NCBI RefSeq assembly: GCF_035944535.1
Contig: NZ_DASZBC010000002.1
Location: 34,638 to 98,637, forward strand
Reading direction: 5' to 3'
From: Sphingomonas sp.
GTDB taxonomy: Bacteria; Pseudomonadota; Alphaproteobacteria; Sphingomonadales; Sphingomonadaceae
Length of the DNA: 64,000 nucleotides
This document shows, piece after piece, positions 41,756 through 51,662 of the stretch. Below the pieces are notes generated by a model, which was not told the DNA's origin, searched no databases, and was given only the letters and a program-made list of their open reading frames with translations. Made by a program: the position numbers and the translations under genes. Positions within the stretch are counted from its first letter, which is position 1, and every line of letters begins with the position of its first letter.

Positions 41756-42892
41756 ATGCCTCTCTTCCTCACCGACGAACAATCGATGCTCCGCGACAGC
41801 GCCCGGCAGTTCGTGTCCGAAACCGCGCCCGTCTCCCACATGCGCGGCCTGCGCGACGCCAACGACGCCACCGGCTTCTCCCGCGACCTGTGGAAGCAGT
41901 TCGCTGAGATGGGCTTCACCTCCATTCTGATCCCGGAAGCCGAAGGCGGCCTGGGCCTCGGCCATGTCGAGGCGGGAGTGGTGCTGGAAGAGATTGGCCG
42001 CAACCTGACGCCGTCGCCGTTCCTCTCCACCTCGGTCGGCGGCGTGTCGGCGCTCTCCACCGGCGGCGAGGCGCTGCGCCAGGCCTGGTTCCCGCGCATC
42101 GCCTCCGGCGACGCCGTCATCGCGCTCGCGATCGACGAAGGCGCCAAGCACCGGCCGTCGCAGGTCGCGCTTCAGGCCGAACGCTCCGGCAACGGCTTCA
42201 AGCTGACCGGAACCAAGAGCTTCGTCGCGCACGGCCATGTCGCCGACCTGATCGTCGTCGCGGCTCGCACTGCGGGCAGCGCGGGTGAGGACAAGGGTAT
42301 CACCCTGTTCGCAGTCGAGAAGGGCGTGGCCAATCTCTCCGCCAGCCCCGAACGGCTCGCCGACGCCAGCATCGCATCCCGGCTGACCTTCGAGGGCGTC
42401 GAAGTCGATGCCGATGCGGTGATCGGCGAAGTCGATGAGGGCTGGACCGGCCTTTCGCGCATCCTCTCCGGCACTCGCGTTGCGGCCTCGGCCGAGATGC
42501 TCGGGGTTGGCGGCGGCGCGATGGACATGACGCTCGGCTATTTACGCGAGCGCAAGCAGTTCGGCGTGGCGATCGGCAGCTTCCAGGCGTTGCAACACCG
42601 CGCCGCGCATCTTTATTCAGAGATGGAAGTCGCCCGCGCCGCCGTGCTCAAGGCACAGCAGGCGCTCGATGCCGGCGACCCGAATGCCGAGCGCGCCGCT
42701 TTGGTCGCCAAGGCAATGACCGGCCTCGCCACCACGCTTGCAGTGCAGGAAGGCGTGCAGATGCATGGCGGCATCGGCATGACCGACGAATATGACATCG
42801 GCTTCTACATGAAGCGCGGCCGCGTCCTCGCCGAAATGTTCGGCGACACCAATTGGGCGGCGGACCAGCTCGCTAGAATGTCGGGATACTGA
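41756..42892 (+). CDS. acyl-CoA dehydrogenase family protein
   Basis: 378 aa. ACAD fold with ..QMHGGIGMTDEYDIGFYMKR.. at the C-terminus. Confidence 0.9.
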   Translation: MPLFLTDEQSMLRDSARQFVSETAPVSHMRGLRDANDATGFSRDLWKQFAEMGFTSILIPEAEGGLGLGHVEAGVVLEEIGRNLTPSPFLSTSVGGVSALSTGGEALRQAWFPRIASGDAVIALAIDEGAKHRPSQVALQAERSGNGFKLTGTKSFVAHGHVADLIVVAARTAGSAGEDKGITLFAVEKGVANLSASPERLADASIASRLTFEGVEVDADAVIGEVDEGWTGLSRILSGTRVAASAEMLGVGGGAMDMTLGYLRERKQFGVAIGSFQALQHRAAHLYSEMEVARAAVLKAQQALDAGDPNAERAALVAKAMTGLATTLAVQEGVQMHGGIGMTDEYDIGFYMKRGRVLAEMFGDTNWAADQLARMSGY

Positions 42893-42893
42893 T

Positions 42894-42981
42894 TTCGTCA
42901 TTGCGAGCGAAGCGAAGCAATCCAGCCAGGCTTCGGCGCAGCTGGATTGCTTCGTCGCTGCGCTCCTCGCAATGACGATCG
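42894..42981. repeat. palindromic REP/MITE-like element, family A
   Basis: ttcgtcattgcgagcgaagcgaagcaatccag ... ctggattgcttcgtcgctgcgctcctcgcaatgacga. Confidence 0.85.
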
Positions 42982-42999
42982 CAAAGGATGTAAGTGTTG

Positions 43000-43887
43000 A
43001 TGGACGAACCCCGCGCAACCGATCCCGCCGGCATGATCGCTCAACTCGAGCGGCTGCTGACCGTCGAGGAGCTGGACCGCGACCTGTTCCGCGGCGCACG
43101 CCAGCCCGAGGGCCGTGGCCGCGTGTTCGGCGGTCAGGTCATCGCTCAGGCACTGATGGCGGCGGTGCGCTCGACCGACGCCGAACGCGTGCCCCACTCG
43201 CTCCACGCCTATTTCATGCGCCCGGGCGACGAGCAGGTTCCCATCATCTACCGCGTCAACCGTGACTATGATGGCGGCAGCTTCTCGACACGGCGTGTGG
43301 TCGCTTTCCAGAAGGGCGAGCCGATCCTCAACCTGGCCGCATCCTTCCAGCGTGCGGAACAGGGGCTCGCGCATCAGTTCGACATGCCTGAGGTCGCTCC
43401 GCCCGAGGACCTGCCCTCCGAAGCGGAAGAGCGGTTGAAGGTCGCCGACCGCATTCCCGAACGGCTGCGCGAATTCTTCGTTCGCCCCCGCCCGTTCGAG
43501 ACCCGCCATGCCTCGCCCTGGTCTCCGCTCGAGGACAGGCCGCAGGAGCCGGTGCAGAATGTCTGGTTCCGGGCCGTTGCGCCGGTCGCGGGCGGGCCGG
43601 AGATGCACCGAGCGATGCTTGCCTGGGCCAGCGACATGTATCTGCTCGGCACCACCATGCGCCCGCATGGACTGAGCTGGACGCAACCCGGCGTCCAGAC
43701 CGCCAGCCTCGACCACGCGATCTGGTTCCATGACGAGGTGCGCGTCGACGAGTGGCTGCTCTATGCGATGGACGCGCCCTGGAGCGGCGGCGGCCGCGGC
43801 TACAACCGAGGGATGATCTTCACCCGCGACGGCCGCCTGGTCGCTAGCGTCGCGCAGGAAGGCTTGATGCGCAAACGCGCTACCTGA
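43000..43887 (+). CDS. tesB: acyl-CoA thioesterase II
   Basis: TesB-like double hot-dog fold (..GRVFGGQVIAQAL.. and ..SLDHAIWFH..). ATG 43000; GTG 42994 is also possible. Confidence 0.88.
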   Translation: MDEPRATDPAGMIAQLERLLTVEELDRDLFRGARQPEGRGRVFGGQVIAQALMAAVRSTDAERVPHSLHAYFMRPGDEQVPIIYRVNRDYDGGSFSTRRVVAFQKGEPILNLAASFQRAEQGLAHQFDMPEVAPPEDLPSEAEERLKVADRIPERLREFFVRPRPFETRHASPWSPLEDRPQEPVQNVWFRAVAPVAGGPEMHRAMLAWASDMYLLGTTMRPHGLSWTQPGVQTASLDHAIWFHDEVRVDEWLLYAMDAPWSGGGRGYNRGMIFTRDGRLVASVAQEGLMRKRAT

Positions 43888-44716
43888 GCGCTTCGTCGAG
43901 CATGCGCGCGAGCCGCAGTCCGGCCCGGAGGACCTGCCCCCGCACCACCGGAATGGCGGCTTCGATCTTGGCATTGTCGAGCACGGCATGCTCGATGGGC
44001 GTCGCGCACGGATCCTGGGCATGCGCGCCATAGGTGACGCGGCGGGCGACGTCCCAAGTTTCGTGCGACCAGTCCTCGACGGAGCCCCTGGTAAGCGCCC
44101 GGCGCTCGTCAGCTGCGGCTTCGCTCAACAGCCCGGCCGCCTCGCCGCGCGGAGAGGAGATGGCGCGTTCGGCCAGGTATCCGTCCCAGACCAGGTGCAG
44201 CGACTTGCGACCGGCGGCTTCGCCATAGCTGGCAGTTGTGCGGTTGCCCCCTTGGTCGGCGCGGTCGGCGGCATGAACCGGCTGGTGCAGATCGCCGACC
44301 AAATGGACCAGCAATGCAAGCGCCTGCACCCGCTCACGCATCGGCAGGCTCTTGTCCGCCAGCAGCCTGGCGTTGCGGGTCACCTGCGCCGACACACAGT
44401 TGCCGAACGGGCACGCCGCCTTCACGTCGGACGGCTTGCAGACGTCCACATTCTGGAAGTGCCAGGGAAAGACGTAGCTGAACCGCTCGCCTGACTTGAT
44501 GCAGTCCGCCCAGACGCTCGCCTCTTCGAGCGTCCGAGCCGGGCATTTCGGCGTCTCCAGCGTCGTCGACCGTGCGAGGAGTATCTTCAGCTTCGCCCGT
44601 GTCGTCGGCTTCACTTCGTCCCAGGCGATGGCCGCGATGGTCTTGTGTCCATAGTCCCACCAGGCCTGAGCGCCCGCCGGCATAAGCGTGAGCAGCATGG
44701 CGAGGAGGAAACGCAT
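43880..44716 (-). CDS. S1/P1 family nuclease, secreted
   Basis: ATG 44716 gives MRFLLAMLLTLMPAGAQA|WWDYGHKTIA, the mature N-terminal Trp typical of S1/P1. His-rich zinc ligands HLVGDLHQPVH. Confidence 0.85.
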   Translation of the reverse strand: MRFLLAMLLTLMPAGAQAWWDYGHKTIAAIAWDEVKPTTRAKLKILLARSTTLETPKCPARTLEEASVWADCIKSGERFSYVFPWHFQNVDVCKPSDVKAACPFGNCVSAQVTRNARLLADKSLPMRERVQALALLVHLVGDLHQPVHAADRADQGGNRTTASYGEAAGRKSLHLVWDGYLAERAISSPRGEAAGLLSEAAADERRALTRGSVEDWSHETWDVARRVTYGAHAQDPCATPIEHAVLDNAKIEAAIPVVRGQVLRAGLRLARMLDEALR

Positions 44717-45639
44717 CACTCGTCGCCGTAGATGGCGACCACCGGCTCGGACTCGCTGCTGATCCGGCCGCGATACATGCCCGATGAGTTGAACGCCCAC
44801 CCTCCGGTGCCGTCCGGCCCGACGACGATCACGCCGCCGGTGCCGCCGAGCGCGCCCACGTCCTTGATGACCGCCCGCGCCGCGCCCAGGATCGGCTCGC
44901 CAGCCAGCCGGGTGCGCGCGCAAATCTCATGGGCGACGACGGCGCGGATGAAGAACTCACCCGACCCCGTGCAGGAGACCGCCCCGGCCCGGTCGTCCGC
45001 ATAAGTGCCAGCGCCGATCAGCGGCGAATCCCCGATCCGGCCCCAGCGCTTGCCGGTGACGCCACCTGTCGAGGTCGCTGCGGCGACATGCCCGGCCTTG
45101 TCGCGCGCCACGGCGCCGACCGTGCCGTATTTCATGTCGACATCGAACGCGTCGTTGCCGGCGGACTTCAGCTCCTCAAGATTGCGGCGCCTTTCGGCTG
45201 TCTCGAACCACTCCGGCCCAGCCTGCTCCAGCCCCTGCTGCAGCGAAAAAGCGTCAGCGCCTTCGCGGCTGAGCAGCACGTGCGGGCTGTCTTCCATCAC
45301 GCGTCGGGCGAGGCTTACCGGATTGCGGGTGCGGCCGACGCCGGTCACCGCTCCGGCATCGCGCGTGCGGCCGTCCATCACCGCTGCGTCCATCTCGATG
45401 TCGCCATCAAAGGTGAAGACGGAGCCGCGGCCGGCGTTGAAATGCGGATCGTCTTCCAGCACCCGCACCGCCGCTTCGGCCGCGTCAAGCGCGGTGCCGG
45501 CTTCGCGCAGGATCGCGGCGCCCGCCTCCAGTGCGGCCGAGAGGGCGGCGCGAATGCTCCGCTCCTCCTCGGGCGAGAGATTGCCTTGTTCGATGATGCC
45601 GGCCCCGCCATGCACCACCAGCGTCCAATCCTGGTTCAT
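44716..45639 (-). CDS. isoaspartyl peptidase / L-asparaginase (Ntn hydrolase)
   Basis: 307 aa. Autoprocessing site GTVGAVA and the GAG..D motifs. Its stop overlaps the downstream ATG (ATGA). Confidence 0.9.
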   Translation of the reverse strand: MNQDWTLVVHGGAGIIEQGNLSPEEERSIRAALSAALEAGAAILREAGTALDAAEAAVRVLEDDPHFNAGRGSVFTFDGDIEMDAAVMDGRTRDAGAVTGVGRTRNPVSLARRVMEDSPHVLLSREGADAFSLQQGLEQAGPEWFETAERRRNLEELKSAGNDAFDVDMKYGTVGAVARDKAGHVAAATSTGGVTGKRWGRIGDSPLIGAGTYADDRAGAVSCTGSGEFFIRAVVAHEICARTRLAGEPILGAARAVIKDVGALGGTGGVIVVGPDGTGGWAFNSSGMYRGRISSESEPVVAIYGDE

Positions 45640-45648
45640 GCCCGCGCC

Positions 45649-46074
45649 TTAGCGGTAGGCGATCAGCCGTCCAAGCGCCGCGACCATGATCCAGAGCAAC
45701 AGCGAAGCGACCGCTCCGGCGCGCATCCATCCGGTCGGTTCGTCGCCCGCGCGCCGCCACTGCCAGCGGAATAGCAGGGCGTTGAACAGCGCAAAGCCGA
45801 TCAGCACCAGCTTGCGCGCGAACACGTCGGAGCCAACCAATGCTTTTGCATCGGCGGCGAACAGCAAAGGCCCCGACAGCGCGAGCAGCACCAGCCCCGC
45901 CAGGCCGATCGGCGTCAGCGCCGTGACGGTCGCCCGCAGCGGCAGGCTCCGCAGCGCGCCGGCAATGCGCAGGTCCACGATCCCGATCGCGCCGAGCAGC
46001 ATCACCAGCCCGAGCAAGTGAATCAGGTTCGCCGCCGGATAGGCATTGGCCGATTCGCGCATCCAGACGCCCAC
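45649..46074 (-). CDS. integral membrane protein, function unknown
   Basis: 141 aa with four hydrophobic segments and coding-like third-position bias. Confidence 0.6.
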   Translation of the reverse strand: MGVWMRESANAYPAANLIHLLGLVMLLGAIGIVDLRIAGALRSLPLRATVTALTPIGLAGLVLLALSGPLLFAADAKALVGSDVFARKLVLIGFALFNALLFRWQWRRAGDEPTGWMRAGAVASLLLWIMVAALGRLIAYR

Positions 46075-46115
46075 CGCCGAGGCCTCGACCGCGGCCGCGA
46101 ACTCCGAAAGCGCTG

Positions 46116-46463
46116 TCAGCGCAGTTCGACCGTCTTGCCGCCTGCGATCACGCGTTCGATCCGCATCTCGGCCGTGCCGTCCGACCGCGGATAGCCGACC
46201 AAAGTCACTTTCTGCTTCGGCCCCAGCATCTCACGGGTAAGGCCCCGCGCTTCCATCCGCGACACGGGCGCCAGCACAACATCCCAGTCCTTGCCCTTGT
46301 AGCGCACCGTCGCCGATCCGTGCGGATTGCCCCAGCTGACCGCCTTCAAGGTCGCGGTATGAGTGATCGTCTGGGCCGCATCATAGCTGCTCCAGCCATG
46401 ATGGGCGAAGGCTGCCGCCGGCAGCAGCGCCAATCCCAGAACCAGGTTACGGAACATGCGCAT
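46116..46463 (-). CDS. small secreted protein (DUF6152-like)
   Basis: Signal peptide MRMFRNLVLGLALLPAAAFA followed by HHGWSSYD. The domain name is from memory, not a search. Confidence 0.6.
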   Translation of the reverse strand: MRMFRNLVLGLALLPAAAFAHHGWSSYDAAQTITHTATLKAVSWGNPHGSATVRYKGKDWDVVLAPVSRMEARGLTREMLGPKQKVTLVGYPRSDGTAEMRIERVIAGGKTVELR

Positions 46464-46556
46464 CGCTCCTCTTTCCTGAGTGAAGCGGAGGCTAGCAGTT
46501 CCGAATTGGCCCGGCCATCGCTATATGGCGCACAAGCTTGAGCCCAAGGAAACCCC

Positions 46557-47672
46557 ATGTCTGTTCGTCCCTGGCGCGATATCGTGCGCCGCCCTTCGCG
46601 CCAGATCATGGTCGGCAACGTGCCCGTGGGCGGCGATGCGCCGGTGACGGTGCAGACCATGACCAATACGCCGACTTCCGACGCGCGCGCGACGATCGAC
46701 CAGATCCGGCGCTGCGAGGAAGCGGGCGCCGACATCATCCGCGTCTCCTGCCCGGACGTCGAAAGCACCGCCGCCTTTCGCCAGATCGCCCGCGCCGCCC
46801 GCGTGCCGCTCGTCGCCGACATCCACTTCCACTATAAGCGCGCGCTCGAGGCTGCCGATGCCGGCGCCGCCTGTCTGCGTATCAACCCGGGCAATATCGG
46901 CTCGTCCGAGCGAGTCGCCGAAGTGGTGCGCGCCGCCAAGGCCAATGGCTGCGCGATCCGGATCGGCGTCAATGCCGGAAGCCTCGAAAAGGACCTGCTC
47001 GAAAAATATGGCGAGCCCTGCCCGGAGGCGCTGGTCGAGTCCGCGCTCGATCACATCAAATTGCTCCAGGACCATGATTTCCACGACTACAAGGTCGCGG
47101 TGAAGGCATCGGACGTGTTCCTCGCCGTCGCCGCCTATCAGCAGCTCGCCGAAGCCGTGGACTGCCCGCTCCACCTCGGCATCACCGAGGCCGGCGGGCT
47201 AATCGGCGGCACCGTCAAATCCTCGATCGGCATCGGCTCTCTGCTCTGGTTCGGCATCGGCGACACGATCCGCGTCAGCCTGTCCGCCGAGCCCGAAGAG
47301 GAAGTGCGCGTCGGCTTCGAGATCCTGAAGGCGCTCGGCATCCGCAATCGCGGCGTCCGCATCGTCTCCTGCCCCAGCTGCGCGCGCCAGGGCTTCGACG
47401 TGATCCGCACCGTCGAGAAGCTCGAGGAACGGCTGCAGCATATCCGCACGCCGATGTCGCTGTCTGTGCTCGGCTGTGTCGTCAACGGCCCTGGCGAGGC
47501 GCGCGAGACCGATATCGGCCTGACCGGCGGCGGCGCCGGCAAGCACATGGTCTATCTGTCCGGCGTCACCGACCATCATGTCAGCGACGAAGCGATGATC
47601 GACCACATCGTCCGTCTGGTCGAAGCCAAGGCCGCGGAGATCGAAGCCGCCAACCAGGCGAAGGCGGCTTAG
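46557..47672 (+). CDS. ispG: 4-hydroxy-3-methylbut-2-en-1-yl diphosphate synthase (flavodoxin)
   Basis: 371 aa. IspG motifs (..VQTMTNT.., [16 protein letters not shown]). Confidence 0.96.
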   Translation: MSVRPWRDIVRRPSRQIMVGNVPVGGDAPVTVQTMTNTPTSDARATIDQIRRCEEAGADIIRVSCPDVESTAAFRQIARAARVPLVADIHFHYKRALEAADAGAACLRINPGNIGSSERVAEVVRAAKANGCAIRIGVNAGSLEKDLLEKYGEPCPEALVESALDHIKLLQDHDFHDYKVAVKASDVFLAVAAYQQLAEAVDCPLHLGITEAGGLIGGTVKSSIGIGSLLWFGIGDTIRVSLSAEPEEEVRVGFEILKALGIRNRGVRIVSCPSCARQGFDVIRTVEKLEERLQHIRTPMSLSVLGCVVNGPGEARETDIGLTGGGAGKHMVYLSGVTDHHVSDEAMIDHIVRLVEAKAAEIEAANQAKAA

Positions 47673-47673
47673 C

Positions 47674-48399
47674 CTACTCCCCCAGCGCGAAATCCACACG
47701 GACCCGCACTTCGGTGGTGTTCACCCCTGGACTGAACGGAACGGCGGCGACCGGCGGCGGTGCGGCGGTTTGCGCGACGGCATCCACCGCCATGCCGCGC
47801 ATCATCGGCGGCGGCGCATAGCCTTCGCCGCCGTCATAGATGGCGAGCACCCGCTGCACCTTCAGCCCGGCCGCGCCGGCATAGGCCTCCGCGCGCGAGC
47901 GGGCGGCGCGATAGGCGGCGGCATAGGCCGATTTGCTCGATCCCTCCCGATCCGACACCCGCAGCTCGGGTCCGGACACGACATTGGCGCCAGCGTCGGT
48001 CACCGCGGCGATCGCCTCGCCAACTCGGTCCATCGCCCGCATGCGTACCTCGATCAGGTTTTCGGCACGGAAGCGGCCGCGATCGGCGCCATAGTCGATC
48101 CGCTGCAGGCTCATGTTGCGGGTCTGCATCTGGTCGGGCTTGACGCCCAGCCGCGACAGCACTGCCGCCACCCGCTCCATCTTCTCGCGATTGGCGCGGC
48201 TCGCCTCCGCGGCGCTAGGCCCGAGCGAGTTGACGCCCAGCTGCAGCCGCGCTTCGTCCGGCCGCGCATCGGCGCGCCCCGTGGCGGCGACTGTCAGCAG
48301 GGTCTCATCGCGATCGACCCCGCGCGGATCCGGGCGACGCTCCTGGCAGGCGGGCGCCAGAACCAGCAAGGGCAGCAAGAAAAGTGCGCGCATAATCAA
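47674..48399 (-). CDS. SIMPL domain-containing protein (DUF541), periplasmic
   Basis: 241 aa. Signal peptide followed by a SIMPL-like body. Confidence 0.75.
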   Translation of the reverse strand: MIMRALFLLPLLVLAPACQERRPDPRGVDRDETLLTVAATGRADARPDEARLQLGVNSLGPSAAEASRANREKMERVAAVLSRLGVKPDQMQTRNMSLQRIDYGADRGRFRAENLIEVRMRAMDRVGEAIAAVTDAGANVVSGPELRVSDREGSSKSAYAAAYRAARSRAEAYAGAAGLKVQRVLAIYDGGEGYAPPPMMRGMAVDAVAQTAAPPPVAAVPFSPGVNTTEVRVRVDFALGE

Positions 48400-48443
48400 C
48401 TCCTTCGCAAGAAGGATACATTATTACATCGCGGCAGCAAGCG

Positions 48444-49745
48444 TCAGTTGCGTACCGCGGCGATCATGTCGGCGATGGACACGAACTTCTCGCGTGGCGC
48501 GCCGGAGCGGGCACGAGCGGCTTCGGCAGCATCGATCCGCTGCCAGTCGGTGAAGGTCACGACATCGGCGTTGCGCTGCCCAAGCAGCCGGTCGAGCCCT
48601 TCCGGTCCGCCCCGCCCCGCGCCCTCGCCGATATCGGCCGCGATCAGGTCGACGACCGCATAACCGTCCGGCCGGTTGGTCCCGATTGTCCCGGTCGGAC
48701 CCCTCCGCGCCCATCCGACGCAGTAAAGGCCGGGCAGGATGCGGCCGTCGCTGTTGGCAAAACGGCCGCGGCCATGTTCGTAGGGCACGCCTTCAATCGG
48801 CGGCGTCTTGTAGCCGATGCAGCTGACCACCAGCGACGCCGGCACGACATAGGTCTCACCCGTAGGGATGGAGCGCATCTCGGAATCGAGCCGCGTCCGT
48901 TCGACCACCACGCGCTCTGCCTTGCCATCGCCTTCGATCGCCACCGGCATGGCGAAGAAATCGAACTCGATGGTGACCGGCTTGCCCGCTGGCGGCGTCG
49001 CGGCGAAGTCGCGCAAATGCCCGACCGACTTGCGCATGCCAGGCTCCAGCAGCGCGTCGGCGCCGGCATCGGGCAGGTCGGCGGGATCGACCAGCGGCTG
49101 GGCGCGCTCGAGATGGCCGAGTTCGCCCAGTTCCTTCGGCGTCATCGCGATCTGGTGCGGGCCACGCCGGCCAAGCAACGTCACCCGCACGATCCCGGAC
49201 CGGTCCAGCGCTTCCAGCGCATGGGTGGTGATGTCTGCGCCCTCGAACTCGCGCCGCGTCTTCGACAGGATGCGGGCGACGTCTAGCGCGACATTGCCAT
49301 TGCCGATCACGACCGCGCCCGGCCCGTCCAGCGTCGGGTTCAGATCGGTGAACTCGGGATGACCGTTATACCAGCCGACGAACGCCGCCGATCCGACCAC
49401 GCCGGGCAAGTCGCTGCCGGGCAGCTCCAGCGGCCGGTCAACGGGCGCGCCGGTCGCCAGCACCACTGCATCGTAGAGCGACTGAAGCTCGGGGATCGAC
49501 ACGTCGCGGCCGACGCAGACATTGCCGACGAACCGGACGTTCGGCGACAGTGCCACCTGCTCGTATCGGCGCGACACCGCCTTGATCGACTGGTGATCGG
49601 GCGCGACGCCGAAGCGGATGAGGCCGTAGGGCACCGGCAGCCGGTCGATCAGATCGACGCACACCTGGTCGCCAAACGCCTTCAAGGCGGCTTCGGCGGT
49701 GTAGAACCCCGCCGGCCCGGACCCGATCACCGCCACGTGCCGCAA
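48444..49745 (-). CDS. FAD-dependent ferredoxin--NADP+ reductase (FprA/adrenodoxin reductase-like)
   Basis: 433 aa. VAVIGSGPAGFY FAD motif and a second dinucleotide motif VVIGNGNVALD. Confidence 0.82.
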   Translation of the reverse strand: MRHVAVIGSGPAGFYTAEAALKAFGDQVCVDLIDRLPVPYGLIRFGVAPDHQSIKAVSRRYEQVALSPNVRFVGNVCVGRDVSIPELQSLYDAVVLATGAPVDRPLELPGSDLPGVVGSAAFVGWYNGHPEFTDLNPTLDGPGAVVIGNGNVALDVARILSKTRREFEGADITTHALEALDRSGIVRVTLLGRRGPHQIAMTPKELGELGHLERAQPLVDPADLPDAGADALLEPGMRKSVGHLRDFAATPPAGKPVTIEFDFFAMPVAIEGDGKAERVVVERTRLDSEMRSIPTGETYVVPASLVVSCIGYKTPPIEGVPYEHGRGRFANSDGRILPGLYCVGWARRGPTGTIGTNRPDGYAVVDLIAADIGEGAGRGGPEGLDRLLGQRNADVVTFTDWQRIDAAEAARARSGAPREKFVSIADMIAAVRN

Positions 49746-49820
49746 TCCCGCTCTCCCGCCGTTTCAACGGGATGCTAGCGGGGCGGGGGCCAAGCGCAAG
49801 TGGCGTACCAAGGACCAACT

Positions 49821-49902
49821 GTTCCCCGGCCAAGGCCGGGGCCCAGAGTGGCAAGCTCGACGACGCCGCCCAGCCCCTGGACCCCGGCCTTCGCCGGGGA
49901 AC
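49821..49902. repeat. palindromic REP element, family C
   Basis: gttccccggccaaggccggggcccag ... ggaccccggccttcgccggggaac. Confidence 0.85.
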
Positions 49903-49918
49903 AAAGAGGCGGCCATAT

Positions 49919-50899
49919 CTACTCTGCCGCCCGCGCTAAGGCGAGGCCATCCCCCTGCGCGCCCGCCGGCAGGCGCCGCAGCACGCGCCCGCTGGCAAAG
50001 TCGATCTCCGCCACCTGATTGCGTCCCGTCTCCGCCGCATAGATGCGCCGGCCATCACCCGAGAACAGGATCGTCACCTGCGCCGCCGCCTCCTGGCCGC
50101 TAACGGCTATGGTGCGGACAGGCTTGCGGCTGGCGCCGTCGATCACGGTCAGCGTGCCGTCCAGGAAGTTCGATGTGACGACAAAGCGCCCGTCCGGACT
50201 GAAGGCGACGCGGATCGGCCTTTTGCCCGTCGGCACCAGCGCCAGCGGCTTTGCGCTGCCGGTTTCGATCGCGCTGGTGCTGAACGCCTGCACCCGTGCG
50301 CCCTCCAGATCGGCGACCCACAAGGTCCTGCCATCGGGCGACACGGCAATGCCTTCGGGCCGTCCGCCGACCGCCAGGTCGCGCAGCTTCCGGCGCCCTT
50401 CCAGGTCGACGATCGTGACCGTGCCGGCCGGGATGTTGGCGGTATAGGCGCGGCGCAGGTCCGGCGAGACCGCCACCATATGGGTGCCTGCCTGGCCCGT
50501 CGGAATGGAAAGTACCGCATCGCCCGCACGCGGCTCGATCAGGGTGAGCGACAGGCTGCGCTCGGTCGTCGCCAGCAGCCGCCCGTCGCGCAGCCAGACG
50601 AGGCCATGCGGCCCCTCGTTCGGAGAAAGGTCGAGCGTCCGCAGCTTGCTCCGGCGGGCAACGTCGAAAAGATCGATGCTGCGCCCGCCATAAGCGACCA
50701 CCGCCGCCTGGCGTCCGTCGGGCGAAATGGCGATCTCGTGCGGCATCCGCCCGGTCGCCACCCGACCCAGCTCCTTCGCCGTGGCAAGATCGACGAAGCT
50801 CAGCGTGTCCTCGACCTTGTTGCCGACCAGCAGCAGGTCTGCGCTCAGGGCTGGTGCGGGAAGAGCGGCCAGGAGCAGCGGAAACAGCGCAGATCTCAT
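49919..50899 (-). CDS. YncE-like beta-propeller repeat protein, secreted
   Basis: 326 aa. Signal peptide, then repeated ..P.GIA.SPDG..... blades. Confidence 0.75.
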   Translation of the reverse strand: MRSALFPLLLAALPAPALSADLLLVGNKVEDTLSFVDLATAKELGRVATGRMPHEIAISPDGRQAAVVAYGGRSIDLFDVARRSKLRTLDLSPNEGPHGLVWLRDGRLLATTERSLSLTLIEPRAGDAVLSIPTGQAGTHMVAVSPDLRRAYTANIPAGTVTIVDLEGRRKLRDLAVGGRPEGIAVSPDGRTLWVADLEGARVQAFSTSAIETGSAKPLALVPTGKRPIRVAFSPDGRFVVTSNFLDGTLTVIDGASRKPVRTIAVSGQEAAAQVTILFSGDGRRIYAAETGRNQVAEIDFASGRVLRRLPAGAQGDGLALARAAE

Positions 50900-50923
50900 G
50901 TCAAATCCTCTGATTTTAGCTTC

Positions 50924-51007
50924 TCGTCATTGCGAGGAGTGCAACGACGAAGCAATCCACAGTTCCGGACTTCTGGATTGCTTCGCTTCACTCGCAATGA
51001 CGATCGC
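50924..51007. repeat. palindromic REP/MITE-like element, family A
   Basis: ctcgtcattgcgaggagtgcaacgacgaagcaatccac ... ctggattgcttcgcttcactcgcaatgacga. Confidence 0.85.
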
Positions 51008-51083
51008 GGGATGTCCGTCGCCCCGAACCGCTTGTTGGTCGCGCCCGTATCGACAGCGATGCAAGCACTGCTAAGGCGCGCAA

Positions 51084-51662
51084 GTGAATCCGTGGGAAGT
51101 GCTGGCCGCGTCGCTCGGCGTCATCAACATCGTCCTGATCGTGCGGCGGAGCGTATGGAACTACCCCTTTGGCATCGCGATGGTGAGCATCTCTGCCTGG
51201 CTGTTCGTGCAGCCGGACGTGCGGCTGTACAGCGACGCCTTGCTTCAGCTCTTCTTCTTCGTCGTCCAGCTTTACGGCTGGTGGAGCTGGTCGAAGGCGC
51301 AGGCGACGCAAGGGGAGATCGCGGTCGAGCGGCTGCCTCGAAGCGCATGGGCTGCGTGTCTTGCGGCGATTACGGTAACGACCTTGGGCTGGGGCGCCCT
51401 TATGTACCGCTTCACTGATGCTTCGCTGCCTTGGTGGGATGCGTTCATCGCCATGGCGAGCGTTGCGGCGCAGCTGCTGATGGCGCGGCGCTATCTCGAA
51501 AACTGGTTATTGTGGATCGTCGTCGATGTCGTCGCGATCGGCGTATATGCTGCTAAGGGTCTGACGTTGCTTGCCTTGCTTTACCTATTGTTCCTGATCC
51601 TGTCCGCTGTGGGGTTCGTCAGCTGGCGCCGCGCGCAATCCGATCGGACGGCGACGACGTGA
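51084..51662 (+). CDS. pnuC: nicotinamide riboside transporter PnuC
   Basis: 192 aa, GTG start. PnuC-like TM pattern (..WNYPFGI.., ..WW.W..). Confidence 0.85.
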   Translation: MNPWEVLAASLGVINIVLIVRRSVWNYPFGIAMVSISAWLFVQPDVRLYSDALLQLFFFVVQLYGWWSWSKAQATQGEIAVERLPRSAWAACLAAITVTTLGWGALMYRFTDASLPWWDAFIAMASVAAQLLMARRYLENWLLWIVVDVVAIGVYAAKGLTLLALLYLLFLILSAVGFVSWRRAQSDRTATT

